Source: Flavobacteriaceae bacterium
GTDB lineage: Bacteria; Bacteroidota; Bacteroidia; Flavobacteriales; Flavobacteriaceae
NCBI GenBank assembly: GCA_009827225.1
Contig: WUAI01000012.1
Span: 488-64,487 of the forward strand
Direction: 5' to 3'
Length of the DNA stretch: 64,000 bases
Shown here: positions 47,355 to 57,759 of the stretch, piece by piece
How positions within the stretch are numbered: position 1 is the first letter of the stretch
Layout of the letters: each line of letters begins with the position of its first letter
Notes under the pieces: generated by a model
What the model saw: the letters and a program-made list of their open reading frames with translations, nothing else
The model's database searches: none
Told to the model about the DNA's origin: nothing
Translations under genes and position numbers: made by a program

Positions 47355-48776
47355 ATGAAAAAAATTAGCTCTTTACTACTGCTGTTTACAGCCTTGTCTT
47401 ATGCACAAACTCCCTGCACCAACGGCTTTGCCGGTCAATACCCGTGTAATGGCTATAATCTCTTATCCCACATCACCGCAACCACTATGGGAGCTAGTGG
47501 TGGAAATGATACCTGGGGTTGGACCGATCCTCAAGATGGAAAAGAATATGCCATTGTAGGATTAGACAATGGAACCGCTTTCGTAGATATAACAGACCCT
47601 GTATCGCCCGTCTATCTCGGAAAACTACCTTCCGTAACTGGATCGGCTACAGCGAGAGATATAAAGACGTATAACAATTTTGCATTTGTAGTAAGTGATA
47701 ATAATGGGAATCACGGGATGCAAATATTCGATCTAACCCGATTGCGAAATGTTACCAATCCTCCTGAAACATTTACGGAGGACGTCCTTTATTCGGATTT
47801 CGAAAATGCGCATAATCTCGCTATTAATGAAGAAACAGGTTTTGCTTATGCCTGCAGAACCAACCTTTTTGGAGGAGGTGTTCATTTTATAAACATTCAG
47901 GACCCTTTGAATCCCATAAATTCTGGAGGAGTTAGTGGTGTTCTCACTCACGACGCCCAGATAGTTGTATATAATGGACCGGATACCGATTATACAGATC
48001 GGGAAATACTCTTTAGCTACAACGGATTCGATGGAGATGTCACAATCGTTGATGTTACTGACAAATCCAACCCACAAATTATTTCAAACTTTTCTTATAG
48101 CAATAACGAACATGCTCATCAGGGATGGTTGACTGAAGATCAGCAATATATTATTATGGGTGATGAATCGGACGAACTTAATTTAGGGCTGGATACACGG
48201 ACGATTATTTTTGATATTAGTGATCTTGACAATCCAACAGAGTCCTTTGTTTATTTCGGCCCAACAGCAGCGACCGATCACAATGGCTATGTTAAAGGAA
48301 ATACCTATTATCTGGCGAATTACAACGCAGGAATGCGGGTTATCGACATTTCCGAAATCGGCAGCGGAACGTTTAACGAGACCGGGTTTTTCGATGTGTA
48401 TCCGGACAATAATGCGTCAGGATTTAACGGTGCCTGGAGCGTCTATCCTTATTTTGCCAGTGGCAATCTCATCATTTCTTCCCGTGGGAGTGATGGTGGT
48501 TTATTTGTAGTGGCGGAGAGTTTATTGGAGACCACCTCATTCGAAGATTCGATTACTTTTGAGATAATACCTAATCCGTCAAACGAACTAATTAACATTC
48601 AATTGAGTCAAAGTGTTCAGCTGTTATCAGCCGATATTTATGATAATCTTGGTCGACAGGTTTTTCAAAGTAAGGATTCAACTTCTATCAATATTTCATC
48701 TTTGAATAACGGAATGTACTTTTTAAAGATCGTCACCGACCAAGGGAGCTTTACCAAGCGACTCATCAAAATTTGA
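47355..48776 (+). CDS. Choice-of-anchor B / LVIVD-repeat beta-propeller protein with T9SS C-terminal sorting domain
   Basis: Signal peptide, TPCTNGFAGQYPCNGYNLLSHI, and a CTD tail (IIPNPSNELINIQL...GMYFLKIVTDQG). Confidence 0.65.
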   Translation: MKKISSLLLLFTALSYAQTPCTNGFAGQYPCNGYNLLSHITATTMGASGGNDTWGWTDPQDGKEYAIVGLDNGTAFVDITDPVSPVYLGKLPSVTGSATARDIKTYNNFAFVVSDNNGNHGMQIFDLTRLRNVTNPPETFTEDVLYSDFENAHNLAINEETGFAYACRTNLFGGGVHFINIQDPLNPINSGGVSGVLTHDAQIVVYNGPDTDYTDREILFSYNGFDGDVTIVDVTDKSNPQIISNFSYSNNEHAHQGWLTEDQQYIIMGDESDELNLGLDTRTIIFDISDLDNPTESFVYFGPTAATDHNGYVKGNTYYLANYNAGMRVIDISEIGSGTFNETGFFDVYPDNNASGFNGAWSVYPYFASGNLIISSRGSDGGLFVVAESLLETTSFEDSITFEIIPNPSNELINIQLSQSVQLLSADIYDNLGRQVFQSKDSTSINISSLNNGMYFLKIVTDQGSFTKRLIKI

Positions 48777-48848
48777 TCGAACTTACAGCATTTCTTCGTT
48801 TCAACTTTATTTTGCCTTCAAGTTAAATAAGTATATTGCAAGAAAAAG

Positions 48849-49946
48849 ATGAAGAAGATATTTGTACTTCTTACCCTGTTGTTTTTCGCCTGTTCCGATG
48901 ACGACGGAAATGCTCCCATTGAAGAAATGGAGCCCCCTACCCTGAATATTTCGGTCATCTCTTCCGCTTCTACCAACAACGGGATGTTCGAGCTGGATAT
49001 TCAAACCAATGGCGGTGAAATTTCGACTTATAACCTTTCAGAATTGATAAATGTTCCTCTGGACGCTAACAGAGCCTACACCAGAAATATTTGGGCTACC
49101 TGGTATAAAAGAACCGGGGATGTTATGGAAGTCTGGCAAAGAAATCTCGAGAATTCTTCTTCAGCGGAAATTGGGTCACTTTGCACATTAACAGGTGAGT
49201 TCCCATTGTTTGTGGATAATTCACTCGATCGACTGTTCGTGGTTACACAATTTCAAACAAGTCAGGAGACGAGCAGCAGGGTGCACATCTTCAATGGCTC
49301 CGGAGCTTGTATTGTTCAAACCATAGATGGTTTCAGGATTCGGACCGTATTTGAATATGGAGATACGTTGCTGGTTTATTGCAATAGCAATTCAGTAAAT
49401 AACGTTCAGAAAATCGTGAAGATCGATATGGCAACTGGTGACGTTGTGGATGAATTGTCGCTACCGCAAAGTGCTAAAATAGCCGTTCAGGATAACATCC
49501 TACATGTCTTCTTTATCAATGAAGATTACAATACCTATAATGCCGATAATTTCAATTTTATTTCAAACGCCACTATTCAATTCAACTATGATGAGATCCA
49601 GTTTGGCTTTATCAATACCGAATTCGAAGGAAATACGCTTTATACCAAGGTGACTTACGCTCAACCAGGACTCATACCGAACGGCCCTGCCCTATTCGAT
49701 TTCATTACCGGGGAAATTGTCACCCCCTACAATCTTTTATACGACATTAACAACAACCTTAATTTAGTTTCAGAATCATTCTATAATCCAACAGGGACTT
49801 ACGATGTGGATTTGGTAAAAGATATTGTTGTAGTGGGATATACGGATGGAGCCACGGATCACGGAATTGTGGTAAGTAATTTCGATGCTGAAATTTTAGA
49901 AATCATTCCACTGGATTATTTCCCAACCGAGATTACCATTCGATAA
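48849..49946 (+). CDS. Hypothetical lipoprotein
   Basis: Lipobox LLFFACSDDDG. No motif recognised. Confidence 0.4.
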   Translation: MKKIFVLLTLLFFACSDDDGNAPIEEMEPPTLNISVISSASTNNGMFELDIQTNGGEISTYNLSELINVPLDANRAYTRNIWATWYKRTGDVMEVWQRNLENSSSAEIGSLCTLTGEFPLFVDNSLDRLFVVTQFQTSQETSSRVHIFNGSGACIVQTIDGFRIRTVFEYGDTLLVYCNSNSVNNVQKIVKIDMATGDVVDELSLPQSAKIAVQDNILHVFFINEDYNTYNADNFNFISNATIQFNYDEIQFGFINTEFEGNTLYTKVTYAQPGLIPNGPALFDFITGEIVTPYNLLYDINNNLNLVSESFYNPTGTYDVDLVKDIVVVGYTDGATDHGIVVSNFDAEILEIIPLDYFPTEITIR

Positions 49947-49949
49947 CTA

Positions 49950-50789
49950 TTAAGGTAACCACTTTTTAGCAAAGTTAGGTTTGCGCTTTTCGAGAAATGC
50001 ATCCCTACCCTCCTTAGCTTCATCGGTCATATAAGCCAATCTGGTCGCTTCCCCTGCAAATACCTGCTGACCCACCATACCATCATCGGTAAGGTTCATG
50101 GCGAATTTCAGCATTTTAATAGAGGTAGGTGATTTCGCTAGAACTTCCTGCGCCCATTCGAATGCAGTAGCCTCCAATTCATCATGGGGAATAACCGCAT
50201 TTACCATCCCCATTTCAAAAGCTTCCTGAGCCGAATAATTCCTTCCGAGGAAAAAGATCTCACGAGCTTTCTTCTGCCCCACCATTTTCGCCAGGTAGGC
50301 ACTTCCGTATCCACCATCAAAACTGGTAACATCGGCATCGGTTTGCTTAAAGATCGCATGTTCTTTGCTAGCGAGGGTCATGTCACAAACCACATGCAAG
50401 CTATGTCCTCCACCCACTGCCCATCCGGGAACTACGGCGATCACGGCTTTTGGCATAAACCGGATCAAGCGCTGAACTTCGAGTATATTCAAACGATGAT
50501 AACCGTCTTCACCTACATACCCCTGGTGTCCCCGGGATTTTTGATCACCGCCACTACAGAAACTATAGACACCATCTTTGGAAGACGGACCTTCAGCAGA
50601 CAATAAAACAACTCCTATTGAAGTATCTTCCTGGGCATCGTGAAAGGCATCCAATAACTCGCTCGTTGTTTTAGGCCGAAAAGCGTTCCGAACATCGGGC
50701 CTGTTAAAAGCAATTCTAGCTACGCCATCACACTTTTTATAGGTGATATCCGAATATTCTTTGGCCGTTTTCCAGTTGGGTGTACTCAT
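49950..50789 (-). CDS. menB: 1,4-dihydroxy-2-naphthoyl-CoA synthase
   Basis: Crotonase fold with FCSGGDQKSRG and GGGHSLHVVCD. I prefer the ATG at 50789 (MSTPNWKTAKEY). Confidence 0.92.
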   Translation of the reverse strand: MSTPNWKTAKEYSDITYKKCDGVARIAFNRPDVRNAFRPKTTSELLDAFHDAQEDTSIGVVLLSAEGPSSKDGVYSFCSGGDQKSRGHQGYVGEDGYHRLNILEVQRLIRFMPKAVIAVVPGWAVGGGHSLHVVCDMTLASKEHAIFKQTDADVTSFDGGYGSAYLAKMVGQKKAREIFFLGRNYSAQEAFEMGMVNAVIPHDELEATAFEWAQEVLAKSPTSIKMLKFAMNLTDDGMVGQQVFAGEATRLAYMTDEAKEGRDAFLEKRKPNFAKKWLP

Positions 50790-50819
50790 ATTTTTTATTT
50801 TAGCGTAAAGATAAAAATT

Positions 50820-51938
50820 ATGCGTCATTTACTCTCGTTTTTATTCCTGTGTCTTGCCCTTACTTTGCACTCACAGGAAGCTTATAAGTTCACTGAAATA
50901 ATCGATCTCGAAGCGACACCCGTGATAAGTCAGGGAAGAACCGGAACCTGTTGGAGCTTTTCCAGCACCTCGTTCCTGGAATCAGAAATTATACGACTTA
51001 CCGGAAAAGAAATAGACCTTTCTGAAATGTACACGGTACGAAATACGTATCCAAAAAAAGCCGAGAATTTTGTCATGAGACAAGGGAAGGCTCAATTCAG
51101 TGAGGGCGGACTCGCACATGATGTGATGAATTCAGTTCGGGATTATGGTTTGGTGCCCAATGAAGCGTTTACCGGGCTGGACATGGGAGTTGATAGACAT
51201 AATCATGCGGAATTAGTCGCTATCCTCAGGGCGATGGTAGAAACTTATGTGGATAACCCTGGAAGAAAATTAAGTCCGAAATGGAGAGGTGCTGTAGACG
51301 CAGTACTCGATACGTATCTGGGAGAAAATCCGAAGCAGTTTACATTCCAGGGGAAACAATACACTCCGAAATCCTTTTTGGAAATGACCCAGATCGTACC
51401 CGGAGATTATGTAAATCTCACTTCTTTTACCCATGCTCCGTTTTACTCTGAATTTATTCTGAACATCCCTGATAACTGGAGCTATGGAAAATTTTATAAC
51501 ATTCCGATAGATGAATTGATGCAGACCGTCGATAACGCACTCGAGTATGGGTACACTGTTGAGCTTGATTGTGATGTGAGTGAGCGAACCTTCTCTTCCA
51601 AAGATGGCGTGGCGGTAATTCCAAGAGACGCAGTGAATAATAAAAAAGCATTGCAAGGAATTTACCCTGAAAAGAACATTAGCCAACAATATCGTCAACA
51701 GGAATTTGAAAACTTCACCACGACCGACGATCACCTGATGCATATCACCGGGATACTTAGAGATCAAAACGGTACAAAATATTATAAGGTGAAAAACAGC
51801 TGGGGTACCGATGAGAGCAGGACTGCTTATGGCGGGTATGTATATTTCTCTGAAGCTTATATGCGTTTGAAAACCATCAGCATTACCCTGCATAAAGAAG
51901 GCGTGCCAAAGGACACTTCGAAAAAGTTAAATTTATAG
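50820..51938 (+). CDS. pepC: C1-family cysteine aminopeptidase (aminopeptidase C / bleomycin hydrolase-like)
   Basis: Catalytic Cys context QGRTGTCWSFS. There is a C-terminal His/Asn region (HLMHITG...VKNSWG). Confidence 0.8.
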   Translation: MRHLLSFLFLCLALTLHSQEAYKFTEIIDLEATPVISQGRTGTCWSFSSTSFLESEIIRLTGKEIDLSEMYTVRNTYPKKAENFVMRQGKAQFSEGGLAHDVMNSVRDYGLVPNEAFTGLDMGVDRHNHAELVAILRAMVETYVDNPGRKLSPKWRGAVDAVLDTYLGENPKQFTFQGKQYTPKSFLEMTQIVPGDYVNLTSFTHAPFYSEFILNIPDNWSYGKFYNIPIDELMQTVDNALEYGYTVELDCDVSERTFSSKDGVAVIPRDAVNNKKALQGIYPEKNISQQYRQQEFENFTTTDDHLMHITGILRDQNGTKYYKVKNSWGTDESRTAYGGYVYFSEAYMRLKTISITLHKEGVPKDTSKKLNL

Positions 51939-51981
51939 TAATTATCGAGCATCTGGCCCGAATTTTGATACTTTTGAGACG

Positions 51982-52437
51982 ATGAAAAAGTGGTTTTTCA
52001 TATTCGCTTTGATCCCGGGAATCAGCATCGCTCAGTATGATTTTGACACCCGTTATTTCACAATTGATGCGGGATCATTACCGGATGTGGAGGAGTTGAC
52101 GTCCTTCGACCTGCAATTTGAAACGCCTTCGAGTTTCGATATCGATGCGTTGAAAAATTACGATAAGGTCACTGCCAACAACTACTGGCAACCTGTAGAC
52201 ATGGCAAAGGCCGTTGACGAGATCGAAAGATACCAACAAAACGAATTCGACTTAAATCGGTTGCAATCTAAAATGTTTGCCCGGGGTGGAACGGCTCAGT
52301 ATGGAACCGATGCCGCTTCCGCAGTAAAAAATACGGTTTACAGGGAGCAACGAGGACTTGATTTTCTGGATCCCTGTCCTCCATTCGGAATTTGTTCGCG
52401 ATGTGCTCCATATCGCGTAGGACGTGGTTTTCGGTAA
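51982..52437 (+). CDS. Hypothetical secreted protein with Cys-rich C-terminus
   Basis: Signal peptide MKKWFFIFALIPGISIAQ. The C-terminus is DPCPPFGICSRCAPYRVGRGFR. Confidence 0.4.
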   Translation: MKKWFFIFALIPGISIAQYDFDTRYFTIDAGSLPDVEELTSFDLQFETPSSFDIDALKNYDKVTANNYWQPVDMAKAVDEIERYQQNEFDLNRLQSKMFARGGTAQYGTDAASAVKNTVYREQRGLDFLDPCPPFGICSRCAPYRVGRGFR

Positions 52438-52452
52438 ATTCTTAGTTGGTAA

Positions 52453-53286
52453 TTAAGAGATCAGTTCGATACCGTCTTCTTTGATTCGAATCGCTTTATT
52501 CTTGTATAAACTCCCGATCGCCTTTTTAAAGCTTTTTTTGCTTAAACCCAGTTCGTTTTTGATGGCTTCGGGATCCGATTTGTCATGAAGTGCCAGGAAT
52601 CCTCCGGCTGCTTTGAGTTCCTCCAAAACGTATTGCGCATTAGGTTCGATGCTTCTGTAACCGGGAGATTGCAATACAAGATCCACCTTATTATCATGAC
52701 GGATTTTCTTAACAAAAGCCTTGATCTTATCACCGGTTCTGATATCCTCGAATATATCTTCCAGGTAAATCAGCCCTTTGTGCTTCCCATTGATAATCGC
52801 GTTGGCTCCCTTGTCGGTGATATGAGTAACCAATATATCCACTTCATCAAACTTTTCAACGCTTAAGGTATCATTACTAAGAAATCGGTTGGACTTACTT
52901 GAACCCACCAAACGGTTCGTTTTATCATCCAGGTATAAATACACTATATACCAATTTCCCTGTTTCATGGGCCGTGCCTGTTCTTTAAAGGGGACAAATA
53001 ATTGCTTCACAAGACCCCAATCCATGAAAGCCCCATATTTCGTGACGGCACTACATTCCAGAAATGCAAATGTATTTAATGTGATAAACGGTTCATCAGT
53101 AGTTGCCACTGGCCGTTCTTCGTTGTCCAGATAAATAAAAACGTCGATAGAATCGCCAATTTGATAGCTTTCCGGTTTGTAGCGATTAGGTAGAAGCACT
53201 TCGTTTTCTTCGGAATCTCCAAGAAATAAACCCGGGTCGGTCTCTCGTAAAATGGTAAGTGTATTATATTCACCCAGTTGCAACAT
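52453..53286 (-). CDS. S1-like RNA-binding domain protein (CvfB/YitL family)
   Basis: 277 aa. N-terminus MLQLGEYNTLTILRETDPGLFLG, repeated S1-like segments and a C-terminal winged-helix-like tail. Confidence 0.7.
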   Translation of the reverse strand: MLQLGEYNTLTILRETDPGLFLGDSEENEVLLPNRYKPESYQIGDSIDVFIYLDNEERPVATTDEPFITLNTFAFLECSAVTKYGAFMDWGLVKQLFVPFKEQARPMKQGNWYIVYLYLDDKTNRLVGSSKSNRFLSNDTLSVEKFDEVDILVTHITDKGANAIINGKHKGLIYLEDIFEDIRTGDKIKAFVKKIRHDNKVDLVLQSPGYRSIEPNAQYVLEELKAAGGFLALHDKSDPEAIKNELGLSKKSFKKAIGSLYKNKAIRIKEDGIELIS

Positions 53287-53331
53287 CGGGCAAAGGTAGT
53301 ACTTTCTTAACCAGTATTTCTTTAAAAAATA

Positions 53332-53347
53332 GATTTAGTACTAAATC
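53332..53347. promoter_or_regulatory. Perfect 16-bp palindrome GATTTAGTACTAAATC in a divergent intergenic region
   Basis: Verified base by base. It lies 25 nt upstream of the ATG at 53373. The TAGTACT core also occurs at 53297-53303. Confidence 0.3.
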
Positions 53348-53372
53348 AGAAATTTATTACCTTCACAGCTGA

Positions 53373-53798
53373 ATGAGCCAGGTTAGTCCCCATAATTTTC
53401 CTGAAACTACAAAGTTTTACAGGAAACTTGAAACAGAGATCGCCAACATTTATTTCTATAAAAGGATGGTGGTTGTGGAAGCGCACGAAGGAGTTACATT
53501 GTCCTTTAAAACAGGATTTGCGACTTTGCTCCACGGACTTCGAATCGGCGGATTTAAACCCTTCATTTACATCGCTAACCGAATTAACTCTTATTCGGTT
53601 TCACCTATGGATTACAAATATTTGAACAAGATCAAACCTCTTCGTGGGATTGCAATTGTGAGCGACACAGAGTCTGCCAGAAATAATGCAGAATTGGAAA
53701 AAAACTTCTGTTCCAAGCCTCTTGAGATTTTTGAAACTCTTGAACAAGCCCATGCCTGGGCATTGCAACAATTGGAAAGTCAGGATTATTTAATGTAA
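53373..53798 (+). CDS. Hypothetical protein
   Basis: 141-aa ORF with no recognised motif. Its 3' end overlaps the menD 3' end by 13 nt. Confidence 0.35.
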   Translation: MSQVSPHNFPETTKFYRKLETEIANIYFYKRMVVVEAHEGVTLSFKTGFATLLHGLRIGGFKPFIYIANRINSYSVSPMDYKYLNKIKPLRGIAIVSDTESARNNAELEKNFCSKPLEIFETLEQAHAWALQQLESQDYLM

Positions 53799-55453
53799 TC
53801 AAAGTACTGAAGTAGCACCTGGTCGTTCACATCGTGTGGTGTAAAAACTTCGAGGAGCCTCGGTGCATCTGATGGCCCAAAAAAGTCTCCCAAAGCGTTT
53901 TTTAGTTCCTCTTCATTGGTTGCATTGGTGTATTCAAATCCGAACATGGCACATAAGTGCTTCGCGGTAAGTGAATGTGAAGTTTCGAAATATTTCTCAA
54001 ACTGATCGATTTCCCTGGCACCGGAAAGTATCCTGAATATACCCCCTCCTGAATTATTCACCACGATGATTCTAAAACTAATCGGGATATAATTATTCCA
54101 TAACGCATTACTGTCATAAAAGAAGCTGAGATCTCCGGTAATGAACACTGTTTGTTTCTGCTGAACCCTCGCAGCACCAATGGCCGTGCTTGTACTTCCA
54201 TCAATACCACTGGTCCCACGGTTGCAGAACACCTCATAACTTTTGTGCAAATCGAATAATTGAGCGTAACGCACTGTAGCACTATTGGCCAACTGAAGAT
54301 GTATATTGTGTGGCAGATTCTTAAATAAGACCGAGAATACGACAAAATCCGAATAAGGAATCTCCTTCAGGTAGGCATCGTGCATGGTCAATCGATGATC
54401 TCGAATAGAAAGCCATCTGTTCCTGTAATTACCCGCACTAACCCTATCAGACACTAACAGCTCTCCTAAAAATGTTGCAGGTTCGTTTTTAAAATGATAA
54501 GTGAGTTTAAAAAACGTATCGTTCGCTTTTTTTGAATCTACGTGATAATGATATTTCGGTGGATATTTACGAAGAAATGCTTTGATTCGCTTAGACACTA
54601 TCATCCCACCAAAAGTGAGCAATACTTCGGGTTGCAATTCTTTTAATTCGTCATCCTCCAAAGAGGAAATCAGCTGATCTATGGCAGGAAAGAAATGTTC
54701 GTGATGTAAGTTGGAAGTTGTTTCAGTAAAAACTAACAGATCCGAATCCTTCGACAGATTATCCAGCAGCTCTTGTGGAATTTGTTCTGGATGCATCACT
54801 CCTGCTAGTATCATTTTTCTTTCTGCTGTATTCCAACGATGTTGGAAAGTGTCCATTTTTTCGACCTCAATTTCGGGAACAAAATGTTTCGCAGGTTTGT
54901 TCTCAACCTTATAGTCTGACGACTCTGTAACCTCATAAAGAGGCTCATTAAAAGGCACATTGATATGCACGGGGCCATTTTGTTCGATAGCGGTGTTCAA
55001 GGCCTGGTTGATCTGCCTTAAGTTGCTGGCATCATTTTCATGTCCGGTTTTGCAGTTTGCGGAACATAAAATATGGTTTCCAAATACATTCTCCTGTTGT
55101 ATTGTTTGCCCGTCGCCTATGTCGATAAGATGTTCGGGGCGATCCGCCGAAATCACCACCAAAGGAATATCGCTGTAGTAGGCTTCAGCAATTGCCGGAT
55201 AATAGTTGAGCAGTGCAGATCCGGAAGTACAAACCAACACCACCGGTTTTTGCAGTTGTTGAGCCATTCCCAAAGCAAAGAAGGCTGCACAACGCTCATC
55301 AACAATGCTGAAATTGGTAAAATCGGGGTGATTAGAGAATCCAATGGTCAAAGGAGCATTGCGCGATCCCGGTGAGATCACAACATGATCAATTCCTTTG
55401 GCCAGACAGAGTTGAGTGATAAATTGTGAGAGAATCTTTTGAGAAAACATCAT
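53786..55453 (-). CDS. menD: 2-succinyl-5-enolpyruvyl-6-hydroxy-3-cyclohexene-1-carboxylate synthase
   Basis: The TPP enzyme has ISPGSRNAPL and GDLSFFYDSNAL motifs. The start is ATG 55453 or 55450. Confidence 0.9.
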   Translation of the reverse strand: MMFSQKILSQFITQLCLAKGIDHVVISPGSRNAPLTIGFSNHPDFTNFSIVDERCAAFFALGMAQQLQKPVVLVCTSGSALLNYYPAIAEAYYSDIPLVVISADRPEHLIDIGDGQTIQQENVFGNHILCSANCKTGHENDASNLRQINQALNTAIEQNGPVHINVPFNEPLYEVTESSDYKVENKPAKHFVPEIEVEKMDTFQHRWNTAERKMILAGVMHPEQIPQELLDNLSKDSDLLVFTETTSNLHHEHFFPAIDQLISSLEDDELKELQPEVLLTFGGMIVSKRIKAFLRKYPPKYHYHVDSKKANDTFFKLTYHFKNEPATFLGELLVSDRVSAGNYRNRWLSIRDHRLTMHDAYLKEIPYSDFVVFSVLFKNLPHNIHLQLANSATVRYAQLFDLHKSYEVFCNRGTSGIDGSTSTAIGAARVQQKQTVFITGDLSFFYDSNALWNNYIPISFRIIVVNNSGGGIFRILSGAREIDQFEKYFETSHSLTAKHLCAMFGFEYTNATNEEELKNALGDFFGPSDAPRLLEVFTPHDVNDQVLLQYFDYIK

Positions 55454-55482
55454 AAAAAACAAAGGTACAAAGGAGCATTACA

Positions 55483-56550
55483 TTATGCTAGCATAGGTTG
55501 GATTACTTGTAACATGGTTGACAGCTTATTCTGGGTTTCCTGCCACTCGTCGGTTGGCACGGAAGCTTGCGTTATACCTCCCCCGGCATATAGTTTAGCC
55601 TTGTTGCCAACGATTTTCATACATCGCAGATTGACAAACAAATCAAAGATGCGCTCTCGTGCTCGTATGGGCCCTAAATAACCGGTATAAAATTCCCGCT
55701 CGATGTGTTCATTTTTGAGGATAAAATCTCTGGCCATGTCACGCGGTAACCCACATACTGCAGGAGTGGGATGCAAAGCGTGAATGGCATCTCGCACAAT
55801 ATTCTGCCGACTGAAGAATTTACCCCGGAAATCGGTGCGTAGGTGGACCATCTTTCCAGCCTTGTGATTATTTACTTCGGAAATATCCATTTCAGCAGTA
55901 AAGTCTTTTAGCAATTCCGTGACAAACTGTGTTACAATTTTCTGTTCCTCCAGTTCCTTTTGGGTCCATTGTACCTCGCCCATTGCATTTGGTATTTTGG
56001 TTCCTGCAAGGGACATCGTTGAAAACTCTTCACCTCTAACTTTTAGCAGGACTTCAGGAGTAGCTCCACACCACAAGCCGTGTTCGGGGTGATAGCTAAT
56101 ATATCTGAAAGCATTAGGATACAGTCCAAACAACCTTGTGATCAAGAGTTCCCAATCAAGAGCCCTAATGTCTATTTCCCCGCTACGAGCTAACACAATT
56201 TTTAAACCTGGACCATTTTCCATCTCATGGATAGCGGAGGCCACCAGTGCCTCATGCCGGGACTGCTCGACCTTACTATCATAGGGTTGAATATGAGATG
56301 ATTTAGCGTTGAACTCCGGGAGTGTCATTGAAATTCTATCAGACTCGTTTTCCGGAATAAACAAAGGTTCACCCGCATGAAAAGGAACCATGAGAAATCC
56401 ATTTTCATTCCAGGGATCTCCATGAGTCTGTCGATTGTTTGATTGAAATATCCCGGAAATATTCGTCTCGGAGGGCAATGAATATATGGCGAAGGGATAT
56501 CCTTGATGGAAGTTGCGGGAAATATGTTTTAATAAATTCTCAGAATCCAT
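55483..56550 (-). CDS. menF: Isochorismate synthase
   Basis: Chorismate-binding C-terminus with AGGGITQASVPTDEWQET. It is adjacent to menD. Confidence 0.85.
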   Translation of the reverse strand: MDSENLLKHISRNFHQGYPFAIYSLPSETNISGIFQSNNRQTHGDPWNENGFLMVPFHAGEPLFIPENESDRISMTLPEFNAKSSHIQPYDSKVEQSRHEALVASAIHEMENGPGLKIVLARSGEIDIRALDWELLITRLFGLYPNAFRYISYHPEHGLWCGATPEVLLKVRGEEFSTMSLAGTKIPNAMGEVQWTQKELEEQKIVTQFVTELLKDFTAEMDISEVNNHKAGKMVHLRTDFRGKFFSRQNIVRDAIHALHPTPAVCGLPRDMARDFILKNEHIEREFYTGYLGPIRARERIFDLFVNLRCMKIVGNKAKLYAGGGITQASVPTDEWQETQNKLSTMLQVIQPMLA

Positions 56551-56973
56551 TTATGACTTCGGTAGTGCAATGGTCGTAAGTTTTACCAGTGAGATTAATT
56601 CATCCGCTTCGTTGGTGATGCGAATTTGCCATAGTTGTGTGGTTCTTCCCTTATGCAAAAATGAGGCTCTGGCGTATACGTAACCGTCCTTCACTCCTTT
56701 CACGTGGTTAGCGGCAATTTCGATTCCGCGGATACTCACTTCATCGGTGTTCATAAAAATATGTGCTCCCGCACTTCCTACACTCTCAGCTAGTGCTACG
56801 GAAGCGCCACCGTGCAACACTCCATCGGGTTGATGAACCCTTGGGGTAACTGGCATTTTCGCGGTAAGGGATGATTCGGAAAAATCTACAAATTGGATAT
56901 TCAGTGTTTCCATCAGGGTGTTCTTACACATAGAATTACACTGCTCCAACACTTCTTCTTTGGAAAAGTTCAT
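56551..56973 (-). CDS. PaaI-family hotdog thioesterase (likely 1,4-dihydroxy-2-naphthoyl-CoA hydrolase)
   Basis: HQPDGVLHGGASVALAESVGS motif. It abuts menF with a 0-nt gap. Confidence 0.75.
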   Translation of the reverse strand: MNFSKEEVLEQCNSMCKNTLMETLNIQFVDFSESSLTAKMPVTPRVHQPDGVLHGGASVALAESVGSAGAHIFMNTDEVSIRGIEIAANHVKGVKDGYVYARASFLHKGRTTQLWQIRITNEADELISLVKLTTIALPKS

Positions 56974-57003
56974 AGTAAAGATTTACTTTGGTAAAAATAC
57001 GAA

Positions 57004-57651
57004 ATGAACCTCAATATGACCAACGAAATCCGTCTTTCTTATGATGCTACAAATACCTATTCCACGTTAAATGAACTCACGGATAGAACAAAAACCATAT
57101 GGATGGTTTTTCATGGAATGGGATACCTCAGCAGATTCTTTATAAAGTACTTTAAGGAGCTTGATCCTTCAGAAAATTATATCATAGCGCCCCAGGCTCC
57201 CTCCAAATACTATCTGGATAGCACATTTAAGCACATAGGAGCTTCCTGGCTCACCCGGGAAAATACTTCCGAAGAAATGGAGAACGTGCTTTCGTATGTA
57301 AATTCGGTTTGGTTAGCTGAAAACCTGCCCAGAGACCGACGTCTTATTGTTGTAGGATATTCCCAGGGTGTTTCAGTCGCTACTCGATGGATGGCAAATC
57401 AATCGTTAGACTGTGATATTCTGGTCTTACATTCCGGTGGCATTCCGGAAGAATTATCAGCGGATAAGTTTCAGTATTTGGACAAAAATACCCAGGTTCA
57501 TTACGTTTACGGAAACCGTGATCCCTACATCACTGAGGAGAGAATACTAAAAGAAGAGCAAAAGGCACAAATGCTTTTCGAACAACGTTTACAGATGCAT
57601 CCATTTGAGGGTAAACATGTCTTCAACAAGTCTTTTATTCAGAATTTGTAG
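57004..57651 (+). CDS. Alpha/beta hydrolase (carboxylesterase/phospholipase-like)
   Basis: Nucleophile elbow VGYSQGV, 215 aa. Confidence 0.6.
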   Translation: MNLNMTNEIRLSYDATNTYSTLNELTDRTKTIWMVFHGMGYLSRFFIKYFKELDPSENYIIAPQAPSKYYLDSTFKHIGASWLTRENTSEEMENVLSYVNSVWLAENLPRDRRLIVVGYSQGVSVATRWMANQSLDCDILVLHSGGIPEELSADKFQYLDKNTQVHYVYGNRDPYITEERILKEEQKAQMLFEQRLQMHPFEGKHVFNKSFIQNL

Positions 57652-57759
57652 GAATTTACTACAAATTAATTGTGCATTTCATCGATTTTATTTGGCTTTT
57701 TGTCTTGCTTATTGTTTATTTGGTATCTATTTGTAAGAAAATTCATAACCTCAACAACG

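Noticed and set aside
51270-51893. 207-aa minus-strand ORF
   Set aside because: It lies antisense inside the C1 peptidase gene (catalytic QGRTGTCWSFS on the plus strand) and has no motifs of its own.
57686-57723. Direct repeat TTTATTTGG (57687-57695 and 57715-57723) upstream of the LRR gene; the same 9-mer also occurs at 45350-45358
   Set aside because: This is a short AT-rich word one base off the TAnnTTTG consensus. It is probably a degenerate promoter-like sequence rather than a specific element.
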